Source: Polyangiaceae bacterium (GTDB lineage: Bacteria > Myxococcota_A > Polyangia > Polyangiales > Polyangiaceae). From it: 64,000 nt of DNA. The translations under genes were made by a program, and so were the position numbers. The stretch is taken from assembly GCA_025937835.1 (NCBI GenBank), contig JAICQO010000013.1, positions 25,931 to 89,930 of the forward strand, in the 5' to 3' direction. The notes below the pieces were generated by a model, which worked only from the letters and a program-made list of their open reading frames with translations, did not search any database and was not told where the DNA came from. Shown one piece after another: positions 19,533 to 28,099 of the stretch (position 1 is the first letter of the stretch; each line of letters begins with the position of its first letter).

Positions 19533-21302
19533 ATGCTGCGTTTTCGCCATTGGGAGCTTTGGGGCGCCCCGCTGCTGCTGGTCGCGAACGCGCGCCTCGC
19601 GTCGGCGCAGGTGATGCAGCCGAGCGGCGAAGTGATGCCGACCGAGGTCGGCGCGGCGGAGCTCAACGTCGTGACCAGCCGCGGCTTCGGCGAGGACGCC
19701 ATCACCCTCGAGGGTTTGTTCCTGAACCGCGGCGAGACGCTCGATCCGGTGGCAGACGCCAAGATCGCTCCAGGCGCGTTCTCGCCCTTGTGCGGCTTCT
19801 CCGGTGAGCTCCTGTTGCGCGGCGGCGGCTGCAAGGTCGCGCTCGGCTGGTACAACGTCGATCCGGCCGGCAAGCCTCCCGCGATGGGCGAGATCTACAC
19901 GCTCGTTCCGGCCGACCCGACCGATCCCGTGATGGGGCTCGGCTGCGAGGACAACGACTTCTGCCCGCTCGCGACCATGAACACCACGCAGACGGGGCAG
20001 CACCAGTGGACCCCGCGCACCTACTCGGCGATGAACATCCGCTCCGACATGCGCTACAAGGGCGGGCAAGTCGGCTTCGCGTTGATCGGCAACCCGAGCA
20101 TCGAGTGCAAGCAAACGAAGTACTCGGAGGCGTCGCTCAACGACAAGTCTCCGAGCGGGGCGCCCTGGGTGACGACGCTGATCTATCAGTCTACCGCCAC
20201 GCCGGACGCCTACTACATCGCGTTCGAGGATCTGCCGACCAGCCCCATGACCTGGAAGGGGCAGGGCGGGCAGTTCGTGAACGACGGCGATTTCAACGAT
20301 TTCGTGTTCTTCGTCACGGGCCTCACCTGCAAGGGCGCGGGCCAACCCTGTGAAACCGGCCTGGTGGGAGCCTGCGGCAACGGTCTCACCGACTGCACCG
20401 AGGACGGCTCGGTCGGCCAGTGCCGGCCCGTGATCAACCCGTCGCCCGAGCGCTGCGACAACGTGGACAACGACTGCGACGGCACGGTCGACGAAGAAGC
20501 GCCCTGTCCCGACAACAAGAAGTGCTTCCAGGGCAAGTGCGTGGCCTCGTGCAGCACCGGCGAGTTCGTCTGCCCGCGGACGTTCTCGTGCAACGACGCG
20601 GGCGTGTGCATCGATCTCGCTTGCCAGAACGTGCAGTGTGGAGAGGGCGAGGTCTGCGTGGGCGGCACCTGCCGTGGCGCGTGCGACGGCGTGGTGTGCC
20701 CGCTCGAACAGGTGTGTCAGCTCGGGCGCTGCATCGACTTGTGCGCCGGCGTGACCTGCGAGGGCGAGAAGGTCTGCGAGAAGGGCATCTGCGTGCAGAA
20801 CTGCGGCTGCCGGACCTGCGCCGACGCTCAGGTCTGCGCGCCCGACGGTCGCTGCGTCGATGCCGGCTGCGAGAGCATGACGTGCGCCACCGGTCAGGTG
20901 TGCCAGGGCGGGGCCTGCCTCGACGCCTGCGCGGGCGCGATTTGCCCGGGTAACGCGCCCTGCATCCAGGGCGTGTGCGGTGAACCCGTGGTCGGCTCTG
21001 CGCCCGGCGCGGGTGCGGGCGCCGAGGGCGGCATGGGCGGCATGGTCAGCGTCGTGATCAACCCCACGGGGATGGGTGGCGCCGGCTCCGTTCCGCCGCC
21101 GGGCTCCACATCCACGCCGACCCCGAGCGGCCCGGGCGTGACGGGTCGTCGCGGTCACACCTCGCAAGAGTCGGGGTGCATGTTCGGTGGCGCGCTCGGA
21201 GGCAGCGGAGCCCCCGCGCTGTTCGCGGGGCTCGGGCTGGTCGGATTTGCGCTGCGCCGCCTGCGCACGCGGCGTGCCCGTTCACGAAAAGCGACGAATT
21301 AA
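19533..21302 (+). CDS. Secreted DUF4114-like + MopE-like + Cys-rich repeat protein with MYXO-CTERM-type sorting tail
   Basis: Signal peptide; YYIAFEDL...DGDFNDFVFFV; PERCDNVDNDCDGTVDE; tandem CxGVxC repeats; C-terminal GC...LGLVGFALRRLR. Confidence 0.72.
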   Translation: MLRFRHWELWGAPLLLVANARLASAQVMQPSGEVMPTEVGAAELNVVTSRGFGEDAITLEGLFLNRGETLDPVADAKIAPGAFSPLCGFSGELLLRGGGCKVALGWYNVDPAGKPPAMGEIYTLVPADPTDPVMGLGCEDNDFCPLATMNTTQTGQHQWTPRTYSAMNIRSDMRYKGGQVGFALIGNPSIECKQTKYSEASLNDKSPSGAPWVTTLIYQSTATPDAYYIAFEDLPTSPMTWKGQGGQFVNDGDFNDFVFFVTGLTCKGAGQPCETGLVGACGNGLTDCTEDGSVGQCRPVINPSPERCDNVDNDCDGTVDEEAPCPDNKKCFQGKCVASCSTGEFVCPRTFSCNDAGVCIDLACQNVQCGEGEVCVGGTCRGACDGVVCPLEQVCQLGRCIDLCAGVTCEGEKVCEKGICVQNCGCRTCADAQVCAPDGRCVDAGCESMTCATGQVCQGGACLDACAGAICPGNAPCIQGVCGEPVVGSAPGAGAGAEGGMGGMVSVVINPTGMGGAGSVPPPGSTSTPTPSGPGVTGRRGHTSQESGCMFGGALGGSGAPALFAGLGLVGFALRRLRTRRARSRKATN

Positions 21303-21305
21303 GCT

Positions 21306-21324
21306 GCGCAACGCGAGGTTGCGC
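21306..21324 (+). terminator. Possible hairpin GCGCAAC-GCGAG-GTTGCGC after the stop
   Basis: 7-bp perfect inverted repeat starting 4 nt after TAA; no clear U-tract. Confidence 0.3.
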
Positions 21325-21333
21325 TCCGCTGTT

Positions 21334-21347
21334 CGGAAAATTTTCCG
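21334..21347. promoter_or_regulatory. Perfect 14-bp palindrome CGGAAAATTTTCCG, candidate operator
   Basis: Self-complementary AT-core site about 130 nt upstream of the expansin gene. Confidence 0.45.
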
Positions 21348-21475
21348 CCGAGCTTTGTCTCGTATCGAAGGGCGAGCGAGTTCGGGGCTCGGCGCTCCGG
21401 CATGGCCGTGGTAGCCGCGAGGTACCAAGCGCGTAGCACCGCCGCATCCGAAGACTTCCAAACAGCAGCAGCGCG

Positions 21476-22750
21476 ATGAAGAAGTTTGCCTGGCTCGCAG
21501 CAAGCCCCTGGATTGTCACCAGCCTGTTGATCGCCTCGGGCTCGGGTTGTGGCGCCGACGCCGCGCCCAGCAACGAGGGCCCCACGCCGCTCGTGACGGG
21601 CGGCTCGGCGGGCGGCGCGGCCAAGGCCAGCGGCGGTGCGTTGCCGGTCGCGGGCGGCGGTTCGCCCGCGGTCACGGGAGGCGTGGCAGCAACGGGCGGC
21701 GCGGCCGGGCCGGTCGGCGGTGGCGTCGCGACCGGCGGCGTCGGCGGCGTCGGTGTACCCAACGCTGGCGCATCCGGCGGCCCCGCAGGGGGCTCTCCCA
21801 GCGTGGGCGGAACGGTCGGAGCCTCCGGCTCGGGCGGCAGCGGCAGCGGCTGCGCGGCGGGTCAGACGGATTGCGGCGGGCTCTGCGTAGACACCAAGAC
21901 CAGCGCGGAGCATTGCGGCGGCTGCGGTCTCGCGTGCGAGGCAGGCCGCCCGTGTGCGGACGGCATGTGCGCCTGTCCGATGGGCCAGACGCTGTGCGGT
22001 GCCGCCTGCGCCGATACCCAGAACGACGCGGCCAACTGCGGCATGTGCGGCAACAAGTGCATGGCGGGCACGCCCTGCACCGCCGGCACCTGCACGCAGG
22101 GCGGCATGTGCACCGCCGACAACATGACCTACCAAGGTCACATCACGTACTACGTGCTCGCGACCGAAATGGTCGGCTGCCACTACCCGACGAGCTCGCT
22201 CCCCATGCACTACGGAGCGATGAATACGGCTGATTATCAGGCCGGCGCGGTGTGCGGCGCGTGCGTCGAGATCACCAACTCGCAGAACGGCCAGAAGCTC
22301 ACGGTGGTGATCGCCGACGAGTGCCCCGAGGAAAGCAACAAGCAGTGGTGCTTCACCGGCAGCCACCACATCGACCTGATCGAGCCGGCTTACCGCGCGC
22401 TCAACGCCAACAACAACCCGGCCATCACCTGGAAGTACGTGCCGTGCAACAGCAACGGCCCGATCCAGTACTACTTCGACAAGGCAGCCAAGGAGGGCTA
22501 CCTCGCGGTCACGCCGATGAACCACCGCCACCGCATCACGAAGATGGAGGTGAAGGACAAGACCGGCATGTTCATCGAGCTCAAGCGCTCGTACTACGAC
22601 ATGTGGGAGACTACGGTTCAGCTCGGCCCCGGGCCGTACACGTTCCGCGTCACGGATATGTACGGGCACCGGATCCTCGACGAGGGTATCGCGCTCAGCC
22701 CGGCCAAGGTCGTGACCGGCGTCGGCCAGTTCGAGGCCTGTACGAACTAG
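21476..22750 (+). CDS. Expansin (EXLX1-like) lipoprotein with Gly-rich linker and Cys-rich repeats
   Basis: Lipobox SGC; CAAGQTDCGGLCVDT...HCGGCG repeats; DPBB domain GAMNTADY...CGACVE...IADECPE...HIDL; CBM63-like YNxWE / GPYTFRVTDMYG. Confidence 0.82.
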   Translation: MKKFAWLAASPWIVTSLLIASGSGCGADAAPSNEGPTPLVTGGSAGGAAKASGGALPVAGGGSPAVTGGVAATGGAAGPVGGGVATGGVGGVGVPNAGASGGPAGGSPSVGGTVGASGSGGSGSGCAAGQTDCGGLCVDTKTSAEHCGGCGLACEAGRPCADGMCACPMGQTLCGAACADTQNDAANCGMCGNKCMAGTPCTAGTCTQGGMCTADNMTYQGHITYYVLATEMVGCHYPTSSLPMHYGAMNTADYQAGAVCGACVEITNSQNGQKLTVVIADECPEESNKQWCFTGSHHIDLIEPAYRALNANNNPAITWKYVPCNSNGPIQYYFDKAAKEGYLAVTPMNHRHRITKMEVKDKTGMFIELKRSYYDMWETTVQLGPGPYTFRVTDMYGHRILDEGIALSPAKVVTGVGQFEACTN

Positions 22751-23782
22751 TCACGGCGCCGTAGCGCGCTTCCAGGCGGCGACGGCGTCGGGGCCCGCGA
22801 CCCGGCTCAACAGCTCCGTCAGCGCGCGAACGGCTTCGGCGCTCGGCGGCGTGGGCTCGGCGGGCCCTTCGCTCAAAACGCGCCGAAAGCGCGCGCTGTC
22901 CTGCTCGAGCGATGCGGCGAGCAGCGCGGCCGCCCAGGCGTCGCTGTCGTCCGGGTCGGCCGCCATCACGAGCTCGGATTGGGCGCGCGACAGCTCGAGC
23001 GCCCCTTCGTCGGCAGCGCGGAGCGCGAGCTTGCCGGGCGTGAGGTGCAGCGCCACGGCGGCGCGTCGTGCGCCGGCCAGGTTGCCCTGGGTGAGCGAGT
23101 CGTCGAGCATGAGCTCGGGGAGCGCGCTGCCGTCGAGCGCGCGCAGCGCTTGCCGGGCGCGGTGCAGCCGGCCCGCGTCGCGGTGCCGCGCCGCGTAGGC
23201 CGCGAACCTGAGCCAGGTGGCGCGCGTCACCGGCTCGTCCACCACCAGCGCGTCGAGCCAGGTGCGCGAAAGCTCGCGGCGCCCGCTCTTCTCGGCGCAA
23301 TCGACGACGAGCAGCGCGGCAGCCTCGGAGCCTGGATCGAGCAACGCCGCGCGCCTCGCGAACGAGAGCGCGTCCTCGATGTTCCCCCCACGCTCCGAAC
23401 AGCGCGCGCGTTCGAGCCAGGCGGCGGCGGCCTCGGGATCGACGGCGAGCGCGCGCGCGAAGGAGCGCCGCGCGGCGTGCGCCCAGCCGTCTCTCGCGCG
23501 CGTCGACAACCGGCACTGCACCGCGCCGAGCCGGGCCAGCACTTCGGGCGCGTCGGAGTCGTATTCGAGCGCGAGCCGGTACTGGGCGAGCGCCGCGGTG
23601 TCCTCGCCGCGGGCCTCGAAGAACGCGCCCTTGGCGTAGGCCGCGTAGGCTTCGGGCGGCACGTAGCGCCCCTCCACCGCGACGCCGTCGGAGATCCGCG
23701 TCACGGTTCCCGCGCCGAGGCTGCAGGCCCCGACCAAGAACGAAAGCAGCGCGGCGCTAGCGCACGAGCGTGCGGTAAGCAT
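22751..23782 (-). CDS. TPR-containing lipoprotein, hypothetical
   Basis: Lipobox VGAC; helical repeats AYAAYAKGAFFE...ALAQYRLALEYD; start uncertain (23782 or 23794). Confidence 0.6.
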   Translation of the reverse strand: MLTARSCASAALLSFLVGACSLGAGTVTRISDGVAVEGRYVPPEAYAAYAKGAFFEARGEDTAALAQYRLALEYDSDAPEVLARLGAVQCRLSTRARDGWAHAARRSFARALAVDPEAAAAWLERARCSERGGNIEDALSFARRAALLDPGSEAAALLVVDCAEKSGRRELSRTWLDALVVDEPVTRATWLRFAAYAARHRDAGRLHRARQALRALDGSALPELMLDDSLTQGNLAGARRAAVALHLTPGKLALRAADEGALELSRAQSELVMAADPDDSDAWAAALLAASLEQDSARFRRVLSEGPAEPTPPSAEAVRALTELLSRVAGPDAVAAWKRATAP

Positions 23783-24872
23783 CGAAGAAGGCATCGTTCT
23801 CTTGCGGGGTACCGATCGTCACCCGCAGCTGATTCGCGAGCCTGCCGCCGCGCGAATGAAAGCTCCGCACCAGGATGCCGCGGGCCGAGAGCGCTTCGAA
23901 CAGCTCCCCCGCCGGGCGCTCTGCCCGCAACCACAGGAAATTCGCCTGACTCGGGGTCACGACCACGTTCGGAAGCTCCGCCAGGCGCTCGGCGAGGCGC
24001 ACCCGCTCTCGGACCACGGCGCGCACGGTCTCGTCGATCTCGGAGGCGAGCTCGGTGACCGCCAGCACGCCGAGCGTCTGCGACAGCGTCGGCAGGTTGT
24101 AGGGCAACCGCACCTTGTCGAGCTCGCGTGTTGCCTCCGGCCGCGCGATCAGCCAGCCCACGCGTAGCGCAGCGAAGCCAATCTTCGACAGAGTGCGCAG
24201 GATCGCCACGTTTTCGTAGCGCTCGTAGAGCTCGAGCTGGTTCTCGGCGGAGTAGTCCACGTACGCCTCGTCGATCACGACCAGCGAGCGCGGCGCGGCC
24301 TCGATCACCCGGGCGAGCCGCTCGCGGCTGACCTGATTCGACGTCGGGTTGTTGGGGCTGGCGATGAAGATCAGGCTCGGCTCGGCGATCCGGAGCGCCG
24401 ACAGCATCGCCGTCTCCGCGAGGTCCCAGTGTTCGTCGAGCGGGACCTCGAGCACGCGCTGCCCGCGGACCTTGGCGCTCATGCGGTACATCACGAACGT
24501 CGGCGTCGTGGTCAAGAGCTGGACCGTGTCCGAGCCCCGCCGCGGCTGCGACAGCGCCGTCAGCAGCAGCGTGATGATCTCGTCGCTGCCCACGCCCGGC
24601 AGGATCTCGGCCGGGGTCACGCCCGAGCGAGCGGCGAGCCCCTCGCGCAGCTTTTCGAGTCCGGCGTCCGGGTAGCGGTTGAACGCCGCCTCGGCCGCGA
24701 CCGCGGCGAGGCGCGAGCGCGCAGCCGCGGAGAGCAGCGGCGGCGCTTCGTTGGCGTCGAGCCGGATCGCGAACTGTCCCGCGTGCGGCGCGTAAGCCGA
24801 GAGCTCGGCGAGCTCGGGCCGCAGCACTTCGGAGAACGGGAGCCCGGGAGGCGACTTGGGAGGCGAGGCCAC
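23757..24872 (-). CDS. hisC: Histidinol-phosphate aminotransferase
   Basis: RLDANE, YPD, SPNNPT, VIDEAY, PLP Lys in LRTLSKIGFAALRVG; start placed at GTG 24872 (approximate). Confidence 0.9.
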   Translation of the reverse strand: MASPPKSPPGLPFSEVLRPELAELSAYAPHAGQFAIRLDANEAPPLLSAAARSRLAAVAAEAAFNRYPDAGLEKLREGLAARSGVTPAEILPGVGSDEIITLLLTALSQPRRGSDTVQLLTTTPTFVMYRMSAKVRGQRVLEVPLDEHWDLAETAMLSALRIAEPSLIFIASPNNPTSNQVSRERLARVIEAAPRSLVVIDEAYVDYSAENQLELYERYENVAILRTLSKIGFAALRVGWLIARPEATRELDKVRLPYNLPTLSQTLGVLAVTELASEIDETVRAVVRERVRLAERLAELPNVVVTPSQANFLWLRAERPAGELFEALSARGILVRSFHSRGGRLANQLRVTIGTPQENDAFFDAYRTLVR

Positions 24873-24938
24873 GCGCGTCGGGTTTACCCTTGCGTGCCCG
24901 AGTTCTCCACCGCCAAATTCAGGTGCTAGTGTCGGAGC

Positions 24939-25907
24939 GTGAGCTTCGACGCGGTGCGCGGCCAATCTGCAGCGGTCGAGACGCTGGTTCGAGCGCTCTC
25001 GTCGGGGCGTGTGCACCACGCCTACCGCTTCGAGGGGCCGCCCGGGGTGGGCAAGGAGCTCTGCGCCTTTCGCCTCGCCGCTGCGCTCGTGTGCGAATCC
25101 GGCGGCGCAGGCTGCGGCGAGTGCTCGGCGTGCCGCCGCGCGGTCACGCTGTCGGAAGAAGAGCCGCGGGTTCCGCTGCACCCCGACGTCGTGCTCGTCG
25201 GGCGCGGCGTCTACCGCAGCGTGACCGGGCAGAACGAGGCCTCGGGAATCGGCATCGACCAGATCCGGCGCGTCGTGCAGCCGCGCATCGGTTATACGCC
25301 GCACGAGGGGCGAGCCCTGGTCTTCGTGGTGCGAGACGCCGACGAGCTCACGGTGCAGGCCGCGAACGCGCTCTTGAAGACGCTCGAAGAGCCGCCGCGG
25401 CTCACGCACTTCGTGCTGATCACGAGCCGCCCGCACCGCTTGCTCGACACCATCCGCTCGCGAACCCTGCCGATCCGCTTCGGCACCTTGTCCGATGAGG
25501 TGCTCGGGGCGCTGCTCGCCGAGCGCGGCGTGCCGCTCGACGTGCTGCCCTTCGCCGAGGGCAGTATGGAGTTCGCGCTCGAGCGCGGGACGGAAGAGTC
25601 ACGCGCCGAGCGCGACGAGTTCGTGCAGGGCGCCGAGGCCGCGCTCGCAGCGCCGGACTTTTCGGTCGCGCTCAAGTTCACGGAATCGCAGAAAGGCGAG
25701 CGCGCGGAGCTCAAGCGTCGCCTGTCGTTCTTCGCCCATCACCTCGCCACCTGCGCCCGCGCCCGGGCGAGCGCCAAGGCTCCTCTCGAAGCGGAGCGGT
25801 GGGCGATCCGTCACGGCCTCGTGCTCGAGACGATCGACGACATCGAGAAGAACGTGCAGCCCGCGCTGGCGCTGGAAGCGATGCTGCTCAAGATGCGCGA
25901 CCGCTGA
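24939..25907 (+). CDS. holB: DNA polymerase III subunit delta'
   Basis: HHAYRFEGPPGVGK, CGECSAC, HPD, IDQIR, AANALLKTLEEPP, LLDTIRSR. Confidence 0.9.
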   Translation: MSFDAVRGQSAAVETLVRALSSGRVHHAYRFEGPPGVGKELCAFRLAAALVCESGGAGCGECSACRRAVTLSEEEPRVPLHPDVVLVGRGVYRSVTGQNEASGIGIDQIRRVVQPRIGYTPHEGRALVFVVRDADELTVQAANALLKTLEEPPRLTHFVLITSRPHRLLDTIRSRTLPIRFGTLSDEVLGALLAERGVPLDVLPFAEGSMEFALERGTEESRAERDEFVQGAEAALAAPDFSVALKFTESQKGERAELKRRLSFFAHHLATCARARASAKAPLEAERWAIRHGLVLETIDDIEKNVQPALALEAMLLKMRDR

Positions 25908-26550
25908 GCGGGCCAGCCGAAAACACGGCTTGAAAGCGCGCGGCGCGCTCGGCGATCGCGTTCGGATCGTCGGCGAGCGCCGCGATCACCGCGCCGAGCT
26001 CGGCGTGCGGCGCCACCAGCGCGGCGCGCTCCAGATCGATGCCGCCGATCGCGACCAGCGGTACGCTCGCCGCGCGCGCGCGCTCGCCTGCCTGCGAGAG
26101 CGCGTCGAGGCCCACCACGCGCTCGGGGTTTCGCTTCGAGGCGGTGTCGAACACCGGCCCGAAGGCGACGTAGCTCGGTCGCTCGCGGAGCGCTGCCTCG
26201 AGCTCGGGCAAGCTGTGCGTCGAAAGACCCACGAGCAGCGCGGGGGCCACGCGCCGCGCGGCATCGATCGGCAGATCCGACTGGCCGAGGTGCACGCCGT
26301 CGGCGCCCGCGAGCAGCGCCAGGTCCGGCCGGTCGTTGGCGAAGAGCAACGTGCCTACACGTCGGCACAGCGGCACGAGGGCGCGCAGCAGCTCGAGGGT
26401 GTCGCGAGCGGACCCGGTCTTGTTGCGCAGCTGGAGCAGCGGCGGTCGCGCCGCGAGCACGCTTTCGGCAAACGAGAGCGCCGAAAGCCGCCGCGCCGCC
26501 AGGGCGTCGATATCGACGATCGGATAGAGGCCGCGAGAGAGGCTCCGCAT
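25888..26550 (-). CDS. thiE: Thiamine-phosphate synthase
   Basis: LQLRNK, NDRPD, GVHLGQSD, GLSTHS, FGPVFDTASK, VAIGGI. Confidence 0.9.
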   Translation of the reverse strand: MRSLSRGLYPIVDIDALAARRLSALSFAESVLAARPPLLQLRNKTGSARDTLELLRALVPLCRRVGTLLFANDRPDLALLAGADGVHLGQSDLPIDAARRVAPALLVGLSTHSLPELEAALRERPSYVAFGPVFDTASKRNPERVVGLDALSQAGERARAASVPLVAIGGIDLERAALVAPHAELGAVIAALADDPNAIAERAARFQAVFSAGPLSGRAS

Positions 26551-26676
26551 CGGCCCAGCTTACCCGCGGATTTCCGAGCTGCGGGCGCACCAGTCGCGCG
26601 GGTGGAGAGGCAGCCGGCCGACCTACGAATCAGCCCCCCCGATGCAGCGTCTAGCGATACAATCCAGCCCTTCCGC

Positions 26677-28056
26677 ATGGCTCTGCGTGTCTCGTCTTGG
26701 TCGTGGCCTTGGGCTTGCTTCGTTCTCAGCGCTTGCGCGGGCTCTCAATCCACTCAGGTGGGAACGGGCCCCCTGAAGGGCGAACAGACCGCTGCGAGTG
26801 ACCAGGCCGCGCGCGCGCCGGGCGAGCCCGCAAAGGACGCTCAGGCGTCGGGGCCGGGCAGCGCGAGCCCTGCCGAGCCCGCGGACGGCAGCGCCGACGG
26901 CGCACCCGAGCCGCCGCCGGCGCTCGATCCGCTGCTCGTTCAGAAGGCCATCGACGTCAGCGCGGAAGAGCCTGCCGACGGACGCACGCGGCTCGGCTTG
27001 CGCCTGGCAGCGGTCGCGCAGGGGCCGGACGAACCCTGGCTGCTCGCGGTCGTGAACCGCGGCACCGAGCCTGCGCGCGTGCTGTTCGATCTGCGCCTGT
27101 TGTCCCTGGAGGTGACGCCGCCCGAGCCCGTCTCCGACAAGCCGAAGAAGGCAAAGCCTCCGAAGCCCGTCACTTGCAAGCTGCCGCCGAACGCGCGCCC
27201 CGACGTGCCGCAAGCCGAGCTCGAGGTCGTGCTCGAGCCGGGCGAGGGCGTGGTCGACAGCTTCGATCCGCGCCTGTACTGCTTCTCGAAGAAGCAAGCT
27301 GCGGTCCTCGTCGGCGGCGCAAAGGTCGCGGCCCACCTCGGCTTCGTGGAAAAGACCAAGACCGTCTGGAAGAAGGGCAAGCGCGAGACCGTCGTCGTCG
27401 AGCAGACCCAGCCCTTCGTGGCGCGCCGAGCCGCTGCGCTCCCGGAGCTCGAGAAGCTCGCTGAGGAGCCCGCGCGCGATCCCGGTCCGGGGGCTCCGAG
27501 CTCCGACCGGGACGCAGTCAAGGAGCTGATCGCGCCGGCGATCGAGGTCGCGGCGCGCGCCGCCCCCGCCGAGCCGCCCCCGACCGAGCCGTTCGAGCTG
27601 GTCGCGAGCGACGGCTCCGACGCGGCGACCGCGCGGCAAGTGACGGTGGCGGTGTCGATCGTCAACCGCGGCAAGGAGTCGCGGCACCTGTATTTCCGGC
27701 GCGAAGGCCTGAGCTTCAAGGTGTCCGGCCCGAGCGGCGTCGTGCGCTGCGAGCCTGGCCCCGACGTGCGAGCGCCCGATCGGCAGAGCTTCAGCCGCGT
27801 GAAGCCCGGCGGGCGTGTTCGCGCGGTGAGCCGCTTGATCGAGCTCTGCCCCGACGGGACGTTCGACGAGCCCGGTCTCTACCTGATCGACTCGAGCTTC
27901 GAGGCCACGCGGACCGGCGCGTCCTTCGGGTTCTCGGCTTACACCGGCAGCGTGGAGAGCCGCGAACCGGTGGCCGTGCGTGTCCAAACGGGACCGAAGC
28001 CGTACCTACCCCGGCACCCGCCGCTCATCGTGCGCGTCGGTCAGCCACAACCCTGA
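26677..28056 (+). CDS. Hypothetical lipoprotein
   Basis: Lipobox LSAC after ATG 26677; Pro/Ala linker and two beta-rich domains; coding-like codon pattern. Confidence 0.6.
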   Translation: MALRVSSWSWPWACFVLSACAGSQSTQVGTGPLKGEQTAASDQAARAPGEPAKDAQASGPGSASPAEPADGSADGAPEPPPALDPLLVQKAIDVSAEEPADGRTRLGLRLAAVAQGPDEPWLLAVVNRGTEPARVLFDLRLLSLEVTPPEPVSDKPKKAKPPKPVTCKLPPNARPDVPQAELEVVLEPGEGVVDSFDPRLYCFSKKQAAVLVGGAKVAAHLGFVEKTKTVWKKGKRETVVVEQTQPFVARRAAALPELEKLAEEPARDPGPGAPSSDRDAVKELIAPAIEVAARAAPAEPPPTEPFELVASDGSDAATARQVTVAVSIVNRGKESRHLYFRREGLSFKVSGPSGVVRCEPGPDVRAPDRQSFSRVKPGGRVRAVSRLIELCPDGTFDEPGLYLIDSSFEATRTGASFGFSAYTGSVESREPVAVRVQTGPKPYLPRHPPLIVRVGQPQP

Positions 28057-28099
28057 GCGGCGACTCGGAGCCGACGAACCTGGAGGGAGCTTTCGAGGC

